Of a DNA stretch of 64,000 bases, positions 12,056-22,510 are shown one piece after another. Location of the stretch: NCBI GenBank assembly GCA_010093815.1, contig ML996583.1. One strand, written 5' to 3'. The position numbers and the translations under genes are program-made. This DNA comes from Pseudovirgaria hyperparasitica. Taxonomy: Eukaryota. How positions within the stretch are numbered: position 1 is the first letter of the stretch; the number at the start of each line of letters is the position of its first letter. The notes under the pieces were generated by a model. That model was not told where the DNA came from. It made no database searches and saw only the letters and a program-made list of their open reading frames with translations.

Positions 12056-13384
12056 ATGGAGACTTACAACGGCCACGTCAAGACTCCCGCAGACGCCATC
12101 ATTCTCTTCGAAGCATGTCGGATCGGACTTCTGCCTCGTGTCCAGCGGAGATTGTCCGAAAAAGAGAGGCAACAGATCAAGTCAGGGTCGGTGTTCGTCT
12201 GGGATGAGCGAGAAGCTGGCATGCGTCGGTGGACAGACGGGAAATCCTGGAGCGCCAGTAGAGTTTCGGGGAGCTTCCTCACTTATCGTGAAATGGAGGG
12301 CAAGAGAGGAGGAAATGGATACGCCACAGTACCGCAACCCCAGAAGAAACCAAGTCCAAAGGTTGATGCAAGAAGCGGCGACTCAGAGGAAGAAGGACCT
12401 GATGGATACCGGTATAAGCCAGATGGACTCATGAAACAATCGTTCAGCATAACCACATCGAGCGGCCAACACCTGCACCTCATCAGCTACTATGCCCGAT
12501 CTTCACCATCTGCTTCAAATCTCTTACAACCATCCACGGATCCAAACCTCAGGCATATACGCCCACCGAAAAACATGTATCCGGAGTCTACTGTGAATGA
12601 CCCACAAGTCAATATGCCAGCAGTGACACGCGCTCCTATGGCATCACCTGGCTTCTCCGCAGGATCACCTCAGCCCAATGCTGGCTCGCCGTATCAACGT
12701 GCTCCCATGGGCCCGACATACATTCCGCAGCAGCCCGGTTGGCCGCCAACGCCATCTGCGACACCCCCTGGAACTTACGCAATCTACTATCCATACGGAC
12801 CTCCACCACCAGGCCATGCCCCTCCAATGCATTTCCAGCCTATCCACCACGCCTATCCACCACACGTCGGCCCACCACCAACTCATCTAGATCGTGTTCC
12901 TCCTCCCATTAGCAACTCTCAGGTACCACCTGCACCGCAGCACCATCATCCCAGCAGTCAGCCATATCCCCACAGCTTCACGACAAGAGCCCCGCAGACT
13001 TCGTATCCGGCCCCGCATCACTATCCTCATACCACGGAGCCAGGTCCTCAGCTGCCCCCCGTTGGCGCGCATGCCGGCAGTGACCATCACTCGTCTAATC
13101 GTCCCAGTAGTGGGGGAAGACCCCAACCATCGTCCCTCAATGGGACTGAAGGCCATGCCAACACCTCATCTGCATCTCCAGCACGCATTGGCCCTGTCAC
13201 CAGCTTAAGCAGCATCCTGAACAGTGCACCACATAACACTGGACCATCTGCTGACCAAAGCAGGCAGGGCAGCCAAAGCCCAGCAAACACACCATATGCT
13301 CGCAAGATGAATGAGAGCACAGCCCCACTAAGGGCAGCGAACCAAGCCATCAATGCTCTAAATTCGGCAGCGCTTTCGACATGA
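12056..13384 (+). CDS. PAC2: Gti1/Pac2 (WOPR) family transcriptional regulator, Pac2-type, 442 aa
   Basis: N-terminus METYNGHVKTPADAIILFEACRIGLLPRVQRRLSEKER...RRWTDGKSWSASRVSGSFLTYREME and the second box GLMKQSFS...HLISYY form the WOPR domain. The C-terminus is Pro/His-rich low-complexity sequence. Confidence 0.93.
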   Translation: METYNGHVKTPADAIILFEACRIGLLPRVQRRLSEKERQQIKSGSVFVWDEREAGMRRWTDGKSWSASRVSGSFLTYREMEGKRGGNGYATVPQPQKKPSPKVDARSGDSEEEGPDGYRYKPDGLMKQSFSITTSSGQHLHLISYYARSSPSASNLLQPSTDPNLRHIRPPKNMYPESTVNDPQVNMPAVTRAPMASPGFSAGSPQPNAGSPYQRAPMGPTYIPQQPGWPPTPSATPPGTYAIYYPYGPPPPGHAPPMHFQPIHHAYPPHVGPPPTHLDRVPPPISNSQVPPAPQHHHPSSQPYPHSFTTRAPQTSYPAPHHYPHTTEPGPQLPPVGAHAGSDHHSSNRPSSGGRPQPSSLNGTEGHANTSSASPARIGPVTSLSSILNSAPHNTGPSADQSRQGSQSPANTPYARKMNESTAPLRAANQAINALNSAALST

Positions 13385-13916
13385 GGAACGTGAACATGGG
13401 GTCAAAAGGTCATGCCATGCGTCCGACTCGATATAAATCATCTTGCGCAGACCACCATATCATTTCGGCCGGCGTTTAGTTCTGGTCAGCCACACCATGT
13501 ACGGCTATCATTCATGCATACACAGATCGGCGAGTCTGTAAGGCGTATCGGGGGAAATCATTCAAGGTGGTCCTTCTCCAAGGCATCGGCGGCGTACTCA
13601 CAGACACAATGGCGTTCTCTTTTCAAGACTGTACGGAGGCCCAGCATGACTTTAGCGTTGTCGCAGGCACTCCATAGCTAGCTCTAGCTCTACGACAATT
13701 ATGTTTACACACTACTCAAATACACTTTGAGGCTCTCACTCATTCAGCCAGACTGTGCCAGATGCATTACTAAATTGTGACGTCCGTACTGTTGTAAGAT
13801 ACTACTGCGTGTGTATGGGGTGTGTGTGTGTGTGTATGTATATGTGTTCAAAACGCGTATCTCTCGCTGCTCTAATTATCTCTTCCATGTATTCTTCTTC
13901 CTCTTCTTCGTCTTTC

Positions 13917-14120
13917 TTACAGCTTCGCGCCCTCCTTGACCGATCCGATCTTCAGCTTGGGCGAGTACTTCTTCAACACGTGCTCGTTGTGATACTACCG
14001 GACGAAGAAGAGAAATAGTTAGCGTGTGATTCGTGAATACTGAAGAAGAAGAAGAAGAAGAAGAAGAAGAAGAAGAAGAAGAAGAAGAAGAAGAAGAAGA
14101 AGAAGAAGAAGAAGAAGAAG

Positions 14121-14151
<31 letters not shown>

Positions 14152-14749
14152 TGCAGGGGCCAGCTGGAATGTCGAGGCTGGATCTACGAGTCGTAATGAT
14201 GGATGGATGCCTGGCTAGATGGCATTCTTCATGCGACATGCCATATGCCATATGTGCGCGGTTTTCGCCCGCAAGATATGCGCGGAGCTGCGTTTGGGAT
14301 CGTGCTGAGTCGAGCGCACTCCTCCAATCGCCTCCACAGACAAAAACTGCCTTTTCCCCCTCTCTCTCTGTCTCCCTCTCTCCCTCCTCCTCTTCCTCTT
14401 CCTCTTCCTATCTCTTCCCTTTACATCCCATCCTCTCCTTATCCTCTTTCTCTCCCACAACCCTGTTCCCTCCCCATTCCCATTCCCATACCCGTTCCCC
14501 TCCCCCTCATGCCCCAAAACAAAAAACCAAGAACCAAAGAAACAACCAAAATCGAAAGTCAAAACAACCTACCTTCCAAAACTGCTTACTCGCATCCTTG
14601 CCCCCCACACGCTTCAGAATCTTCGCTCCACCGGGGTGCTCGTCCACGAACTGGTCCATCTGAAACACGTCGTTGTCGATGATAATCCACAGGCCCTTCT
14701 CCACACTCGCGTGCTCGGAGACTTGGGCTGGGGTGTAGGACGAGGACAT
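13917..14749 (-). CDS. Small soluble cytochrome b5-like heme/steroid-binding protein, 84 aa; exons 14573-14749 and 13917-13994
   Basis: Exon 1 encodes LWIIIDNDVF..FVDEHPGGAKILKRVGGKDASKQFWK and ends at a GTAGGT donor. Exon 2 follows GCTAAC...TAG and encodes YHNEHVLKKYSPKLKIGSVKEGAKL*. The HPGG heme motif is present and there is no C-terminal membrane anchor. Confidence 0.9.
14042..14149. repeat. Perfect (GAA)36 trinucleotide microsatellite, intronic ((TTC)36 on the transcribed strand)
   Basis: 108 bp of uninterrupted GAA, matching the 36 Glu in the spurious ORF 14033-14218. Confidence 0.98.
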
Positions 14750-15847
14750 TTTTTGGGCGGGATGTTTGGTTGGTTCTTGTTGGTTTGGTTGGTTTGGTTG
14801 GTTCCTGGGGCGGAGGTTGGGGGGTCGGTGGAGTGAGGTTTGTTTATTTTGGGGAAAGGTTGTGTTGGAGAGACGGGGGTATTTTGGGGGAGAGAGAGAG
14901 AGAGAGAGAGAGGAAGAGAGAGGATGTGATGGCGAGCTGAGTGAGGCTTTGGAAGTGGCTGTTTTGCGATCGATCGCGTTTGTCTGTACGCCTATTTGCC
15001 CTTATGCCGTGTTTCGACCTCGGCTGTTCGGGGAGGGATTACGAGGATGGGATCGGGGGTGTTGTGATTGGTTGGGTGGGTTGGGGACTTGGTGGGGTCG
15101 GGACCGTAGTAGCTTTAATAGGTAGGAGGTCATATGCGTACTGAGAGTGAGGGAAGCTTGAGCCGCGTCTACTGCTTGCTCTTGTCTTTGATGCATCATG
15201 TTATTCTTCTTCGTTGGTTTGTATAGGTTTACAACTACAATATCATGTAATATCATGTCGTATCTAGCATTATGATCCATAAGGTCTTGTGACTCTTGTC
15301 ATCAGAGGAAGAGAGTAAATAAGTCAGACTTGGACACAGCTTCCATTTACGCGATATAAATCTCGAAAGTAAAATTGGACAAGCAATATATGACCAGATC
15401 GCTGGACTCGTAGGGGATACATATTAATCTACAGATACCACCTAGTACTCTCGTTTGATATGCTCGATGAATTATTTCAAACACCCATCGCCAATACGGA
15501 TATATATGAATATACATATTCTCATCTTTGAGGCCGTACAGGCGCCCAAACTCTGATATTATATGTTCTCTATAGCCCAGGGCGTAGACGGATATGTCTA
15601 TGTCTACTGCTCCAACTATTCAGGGAAGATCAGCAGATAATCGTTCTTCGGTAGCTAGGAGATTTGTCAGTTCTCGCACAGAAGGGCGTTTTCTTAGTTA
15701 CGAAGAAACCAAGTGTCGAAGATGAAGTAATGCAGGAGAAGCAAGAGTCTTGTGCATACAGTGTGTAGGATTGGCTCGTCAGCGCAAGAATTAATCATAT
15801 TTCTAGTATCCCAAGCCCAAACACCATGCTAATAACTATGATGTGTA

Positions 15848-18800
15848 TCACTCCAGCTTGAATGTCTCCTCGTCCAGCACACCATACAGCGTCTCGATTA
15901 GCGCCGCAACCTCACCAATCTCATGCGCCAGCTGTCCAGTGACCAACGCGTAGGCATACAACAGCTCATAGTCCTCGTCCGTTGGCAGATCCCGCCCTTC
16001 GGCATTCTTCCTGAAATCAAACACCTTCGCGAGCAATCGGTCTCGTGTATGCTCGATATTCGGCATGGTGTCATTCAGAGGATACTCAAGCTTGAGACTG
16101 GAGGCAAGGACGGAGAAGAGATGGCTGATGCGAGAAGAAAGCTGTATCCTCTCATACCGTGTATACTGCAGTATCTCCTGTTCGCCAGGGGTTGCTTTGA
16201 GCTCTTTACGGATGATGACGTTCATGGCGTGAAAGGCGTCTAACATCCGGCCAGTAGACTCCAAGAGTTGATGGCAGACCCTATTCGGAAATGGTCCCCG
16301 AAGCTCGAATTCGGAAGCCGCAGATGCGCGTAGACCGTCCAAGTGGTTCAAGAATCGTTGAAGAGAGAGTGACTCGCCGATGTCCATGTAGGAATAGCGC
16401 GAGGGTCCGCGGAGGAGCACGGCTAAGGGATCGCGTTTCCAAATGAGACCCATACGAAGCCAAAGGATTGCAAGCCCGTCTTTCAGCTTGCGACGAGCTG
16501 AGATTGGCCAGATGAGGCGAGTAATCACCATCCCCCAGAGGCACCCCGTGAGCACGGCAACGACACGATGGAAGACAATCTCCCATATTTCAGGGCTTAT
16601 ACCTCCTTCATCGTCATCATTGTCGTCATCTTTGACGGACAGAGAGTATGCATACAGTGCTGAGAGGTTGTAGGTTAGCAGTATGAAGCGACCCAAGGGA
16701 CCCTTTCCTTGGCCAACGATAATGTAGAAGCATCCAAGAGACACCACCCAGCCGAAGAACGCAAGGACGAACGGATTCTCATCAGCGATGATCCAAGCCA
16801 GAACAGCGAGTAATGCACCCAGACAAGTTCCACCGAATCGGTGGAATCCGGTCGTGTTCGAAGCTCCCACAGTCATGGAGCAGACCAACATGTATGACAA
16901 CAAGCCCCATTCACCGCGAAAGGAGGCATAAACGGGACGGGTGGAGGGAATAAAAGACCACATGGCGTAGAGAATTGCACCCACACCAACCTTGAGTGCA
17001 AACTTTATATCATCTCTTCGAAAGAATCTTAAAGCGACCCACAAGCGGTAAGTAATCGGCCTTCGTTTCTTCTCAGATTGCAACTCGTCGGTATAGTTCC
17101 ATGTGACGTTTCTACTTGCGCCCTTCAGCGTTCTGTGCGTTACTTTGAGTAAATCCTTTGGTGGGTTTGGTGGTGTGGGAGTGTTGAAGAGCTCGGCCTC
17201 ATCAGCGACCTGCTTCTGATTTCGTTTCCGCCAGAACATCAGCCATTTCCAGGACCTTCGCACGGACGGTGACTCTGCCACATGCTTATATTCTTCTAGT
17301 ATGTCAATATACTCAAGCAGATCTTCCGCAAAATCTTGCAGGGAAGAACTGAAGTACCCACAGCTAGCCGCAACCTCTTCGTAGTCCGCTGCTATTTCGG
17401 CTTTCGTGTGGCTTGGGACCTTGCTTTGGTATACTTGGCTGAGGGCTTCCTTGCGTGCTGTAGTAAAGAGCTCGTTTGCATCAACCAGACTCTTTCGGAA
17501 TTGCTCGTTGACAACAATGGAATATGTTGGAGGCGGGCCGAATGGCAACTCTTCGAGGACAGCCTTGAGAGTGAATGCAAGCGATTTCTACATACGTTAA
17601 AAAGTTGTTGTCGCATAATATATGGATCTTACCATAGGTGGTCCGAGCTGTGACAGGAAGTTCTGAAAGATCTCCGCAGCGGTCGTTGCAGTAATCACAG
17701 TCGAACTTTCCATAGTAGATGCCACTGTTTGTCCTCTCTTCAACATAGTCAGGCCGTCTTCATGCTCTGGCCTTTTGGTCCGGGGGTTCTCATCGATAGA
17801 GGCCAGGCTGCCAAGTCGTTGACGTAGGGTAGCGAAATAATCATGAGACCTTGAAGCGGAAGGGGAAAGATCCGAGTAAGTGGCCGACATACCAGACATT
17901 ATAGATTTGCCGTCAGCTTGGGCTTTCATTAGAGCGAACTGTGTCGCCGCTGCGCTTCTCAAGCCGCTAACATCGACCGATAATTGTTCCAAGGCCTTCG
18001 CTAGTTTTGCTTCTATATGATACGTCTCCTCTGTTCCGAGAGTATAATGCTCCCATTTAGCCTCTCCGAGGTCTTTAGTAATCCTTTTGAAAATTGTCTT
18101 GTAGCTGCTGGAAGCAGACATGAAGGAGGTGTGTTCTAGCTCTTCTTCGTCGCCGTCTAAAAAACTCTTTGTGATCAGAGCTACCATTTCACTTAGCGAC
18201 ACCGTGGCCGTCTTGAAGTCTTTGCGTAGCTCTTTTCTTGCGGATATCGGTTTGACGAGGAAGCTAACGAGGGCAGTAGACAGAATTCCAAGGCTGACCA
18301 TTTTGAGGACCTGGTAGATCTTCGCGTACGAGAACGTCCCATTCTGTACAGCTCCTTCTTTCGTCAAGACAGTGATAAGGGCCAGAGAGGTCAAGGAACA
18401 CCCCTATACTTGTCAGCGAGGTATGGTGTATTGACCAGACTATGATACGTACGACATTCACAAGCGGGTTACTCAGCGCCTGCTTCGTCCATCCTACGAG
18501 ACCCAGGCCCCCGCCACAAAATACAATCAAGACTACAGCATGTCCGAGCTGAAGTAGATGCTGACTTGCGAAGAACGCCGATACGGCCATACTCGTGAAC
18601 GATATGACAGCGGCGTATGAGAAAGCTACCAGCGCTATGAAGAACGCTTCTTCCATACTCCCAGCTGAGCGTGCAGGGTGGAAATAGACGGTTACTGTTG
18701 CCATCATATGCTTTCCATCCTGGTGCCCTAGCCAGCCCGATATTGGCGGATAGAACGTTCCAAGACTTCCCAAAATATATGCCAACGAGCATTTGAGTAT

Positions 18801-19144
18801 ACCCTGCCCCAACGGTGATGTTATGAAATCATACAACTTGACGCCCGTCTCTTTCGTCTTCTCCCACACCAAGCTCTTATTCCGTGGGCCTGATTCTCCA
18901 TGTCCGGTATCTGCACCAAGGAGTGGCATGTGTTCCTGAGCATCGACATGGCCGTTCTGCACCGCTTGTACTCCGAGTGTGAAGGCTCGTTTGACTCGCT
19001 CGCCCGTTTTCGGTAGTATCAAGGTCGCTTGCCGTAGCTGCACCGTGATTAGTAAAAACATCCATGAAGTATGACGCGTCGAACACCAACAGGTTCGCGG
19101 GACACTCGGCGACTAGTCGAAGCCTCTTGCTCGTCTGGCATCAT
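15848..19144 (-). CDS. Multi-pass membrane protein of the FUSC/ALMT-like (aromatic acid exporter-like) fungal family; about 4 exons
   Basis: ORFs 18264-19061, 17597-18394 and 15848-17548 are joined by GT-AG introns at ~18405-18452 and 17588-17632. There are two hydrophobic TM blocks, one being FALKVGVGAILYAMWSF...GEWGLLSYMLVCSMTVGASNTTG..RFGGT. The first exon (MMPDEQEASTSRR, ATG 19144) is inferred from a weaker GTGTCC donor. Confidence 0.8.
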
Positions 19145-19835
19145 GAAGACGAACTCTCCAACACGCGACAAAGGGTTTTTGCTACGATATCTTGCATACT
19201 CCGGAAGATAAGAGTGCTGCACAATATCGAGCAGGCACAGGACGTTCAGTCCGTGCCAAGATTATACGTGCCCGAGCGGATGGATCTCGAAGGAATGGCG
19301 CTTGGCTTGCGAGGGCTTGGAAGCTTGAGAGTCCCAGCCAATCAGCCCCGTGATGCTGTATGCGCCTTTAATACAAGCCTCAGCATGCTTATTGTTTTGT
19401 TCTGATTTTCGTTTCTCGGACAGTTAAACAAAATATTCTGGATCAGTGTCATGTCAAAATTTCGCCGCACGGCTCGGCTCATATTGTGGTTAGAAAATAA
19501 GCCCTTCGAATAGAGAGGCTTTGATGACATAACCCGAGTTAAAAAAGTCATCCGAATGTAAAAGAGTAAAACCTGACTCAAGAGTCGTATTACAATATCC
19601 ATGGAACCTTTAGTATAATAGATATGATTACGACATGCTTCGGGTGTCCCCTGTGGCTAGTTGTACAAGACTACAGCTGGCTTGATCGAATCGCGTACAA
19701 CAACCAAGCCCTTAATAATTAAGACCAACAATGCGCCGGATCCAACGAGCAAATGAAATAACTCTTGCAGTGCCAGTAGTTCATCATAGATCCCCTCTTT
19801 TGGTAAAGGCTTTCTCTTGACTGACTACTTCATAT

Positions 19836-20247
19836 CTAGAACAGGCAGTCCAAGCAGCAACAACACGCAAGTGCAGCCATCAAGCCGGCACAGATGCCAC
19901 CTCCAGCACCGCCGCCTCCGTGGCGTCCTCTGTCATCATAGTAACCACCTGGAGGTGGTGGCCCTTGCTGGTAGTACATAGGCTGTTGCTGTGGCGGGTA
20001 TCCTCCTGGCTGCTGATATGTCTGGCCTTGCGCGCCATAAAAGTCTGCATTGGCACCCTGTGGTGGTCCTTGCTGGTAAGACCCTTGTGGCGGAGGGGAA
20101 CCGTATTGATTATTGTGGTAGGGGCCGGCGTCATAATGCGCTTGGGGAGGAGCTTGAGGATAGGATGGGGGAGGGCCATTTGGGTCCTGCAATGGCATTA
20201 GCTAGAGTGTGCGATGATGTCCCTGAGAAGCATACGTATTTGGACAT
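19836..20247 (-). CDS. Cysteine-rich transmembrane module (CYSTM) protein; exons 20236-20247 and 19836-20186
   Basis: P/Q/Y/G-rich N-terminus and the C-terminal GICAGLMAALACCCCLDCLF signature. A 12-nt first exon (MSKY) is followed by a GTATGC...GCTAAT...CAG intron at 20187-20235. Confidence 0.9.
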
Positions 20248-21484
20248 CTTGTAAGCAATGAAATTGGGAGTTTTGGCTTTCTTCAAGTATCGGGCTCGTG
20301 TGAAGTCAATATTAGATCAGGCCAGGACCTTTCGGATGCTTCTTGTATGACGTCTTTGGCGTAAAAGGTGGGACGTATATTATGTAGAGCAAGGTGTTTT
20401 ACGAATTCTAGTAGAGGAGGGGGTTAGAGATGAATAAAGTTGATAGAGCAGTGTAAGAAGAGAAATAATGGCGGCAAGATTCGGTAATTGAATACCAAAG
20501 CTCACCTGCACGATGGCTGAGCATCATGTGGCTGTGAACATGGATGGCGCGCGTCCTCACCCCGGACGCCTCCCCGCTAGACTAAGAAAAGGCTAGAGCC
20601 CTTCAACGTCAAGCCTTTTGTTATGGGTAATCGGCAATTGAATGCACGCTGATTGATGTTTTCTCTCACATCAACGCACGGTGACCGTTCTAATACTACA
20701 GATTGCGCGTCTTGTCACAGATCTGTTCATTGCCAGTATTCGAGACGCGTTACACCGTCTTCTTTAGTCTACGTCAGCCGATACACCAAGCTCTAAGGTT
20801 ACTCATGACCTTTCTTCGTCGAAGTCTTATGATCATATACTTGTAATCGTATACTGATGTACTTTCTACCCAAGTAGGTTGCAGCTAACATAGATCCTTA
20901 GTATGCAATGGGGAGCACACCTCTCCTATTTTGCCCTTCTTGTACTTAGCAATGACTTTCATTAAGATGCCTCTTGCTTTTGCGGGAAAACACCATAGCT
21001 CACTTGAGTCCTGAAAATATATGAGCCTATGGTTCACGTAAACAATGATTGAGATGTATGCTTGACACTCTATATCATCTACCATGTAGTCAACCATTCA
21101 TCGCAGTTCACAAGGGGGTAAGTGTACGAGCACCTTTTTCCAAATGTTCATAAATCGATAACAAATCAAGAGTATTAGTGGTCAAAAAAGAGATTCCCCT
21201 TTACTCGTGTCAAGGTTTTTCTTTCGTATCGCATGGAAATCAGGGGTTCATTCGCTACACTATGCAGCCACTCCGACATTGCGCACGCTGTTCACTCTCG
21301 CACATCTCGACAGCAAGTCATATGAGTGACAAATAATACATGATTAGGTACGTTCACGTTCGTGGGTTGGGAAATATCCATGTGTGACGGACAGTGCTCC
21401 ATTACGCTGGCGCTGCTAGTGGCTCATAGAACACAACGCAACGCAGAATTCCAACAAGCCAAGTAGTTCATATTGCCTCGCCCA

Positions 21485-22510
21485 GTATGCGCTCGTGCTG
21501 TGACTGGCTACCTACTCTGTGTAGCCTCGACCAGGTAAGGGGTCAAATGGATGCGGCTCCAGCCGTGCCCACGTGGTGCTCGAATGCGCTCGGCCTCTGA
21601 CTGGCTCCTATAATTCGAGATTCGAGGGAATTTCGACGATGGACACTTTATCAGTTACCCTCTCTCGAATGCGATCGGACTGTGACTGGCTGCCTACTCT
21701 GTGTAGCCTAGACCAGGCAAGGGGTAAAAGTGAACGCGGCTCTATCCGTGCCCACGTGTTGCTCGAATGCGCTCGGCCTCTGAGTGGCTCCTATAATTCG
21801 AGATTCGAGGGAATTTCAACGATGGACGCCGTATCGATTACCCTGTCTCGAATGCGATCGGACTGTGACTTGCTACCATACTGTAGGTAAATGAAGGGGC
21901 GGGAGTCCACGTGGGCACGGTAGGGCTGGAATGCGCTCGCTCGCTGAGTGGCTATTATAATTTGAGATTCCAGGGAATTTCAACGATGGACGATTTTCAG
22001 TTGCCTTGTCTCGAATGCGATCGGACGCTGAGTGGCTGCCTGTGTTCTGGGTGACACGAGTGGGGCCAGCGGGAGGAAGTGAACGTGGATGCGGGAACAT
22101 GAGTGGGACAGCGGGAAGGAAGTGAACGTGGACACGGGATACGGGTGGATGAAGCCGTGAAAGGGGTCATGTGGATACCAGCACATGGCTTTCCATGTGT
22201 CGCTGTAGGGCTGGAATGCGCTCGCTCGCTGAGTGGCTCCTATAATTCAAGATTCGAGGGAATTTCAACGATGGACGATTTTCAGTTGCCTTGTCTCGAA
22301 TGCGATCGGGCTCTGAGTGGCTGCCTGCGGTATAGGTGACACGAGTGGGGCGAGCGGGAAGGAAGTGAACGTGGACACGGGTAGACTGGGCCGTGAAAGG
22401 GTCTGGTGGAGACTGGCACATGGAAAGCCATGTGTTGCTGTAGGGCTGGAATGCGCTCGGCCTCTGACTGGCTCCTATAATTCGAGATTTGGGCAGGTGT
22501 TCAACGGTGA
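21485..22510. repeat. Composite degenerate tandem repeat array (5 conserved cores, 10 copies of a ~25-bp motif, variable spacers)
   Basis: Motif GAATGCG(C/A)TCG-N5-TGA(C/G)TGGCT at 21485 (degenerate), 21582, 21667, 21765, 21850, 21929, 22013, 22214, 22298 and 22449. The core CCTATAATTCGAGATTCGAGGGAATTTCAACGATGGAC follows the copies at 21582, 21765, 21929, 22214 and (diverged) 22449. Confidence 0.95.

Noticed and set aside
14033..14218. Poly-Glu and poly-Phe ORFs
   Set aside because: These are artefacts of the (GAA)36 microsatellite inside an intron.
14150..14345. TPP riboswitch in the long intron
   Set aside because: The conserved CUGAGA and GAUNNNGNUAAU-type aptamer elements are not visible, and the host gene is not thiamine-related.
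21485..22510. CRISPR array interpretation of the repeat array
   Set aside because: The context is eukaryotic with no cas genes. The repeats are degenerate and the spacers are long, unequal in length and homologous to one another rather than unique.
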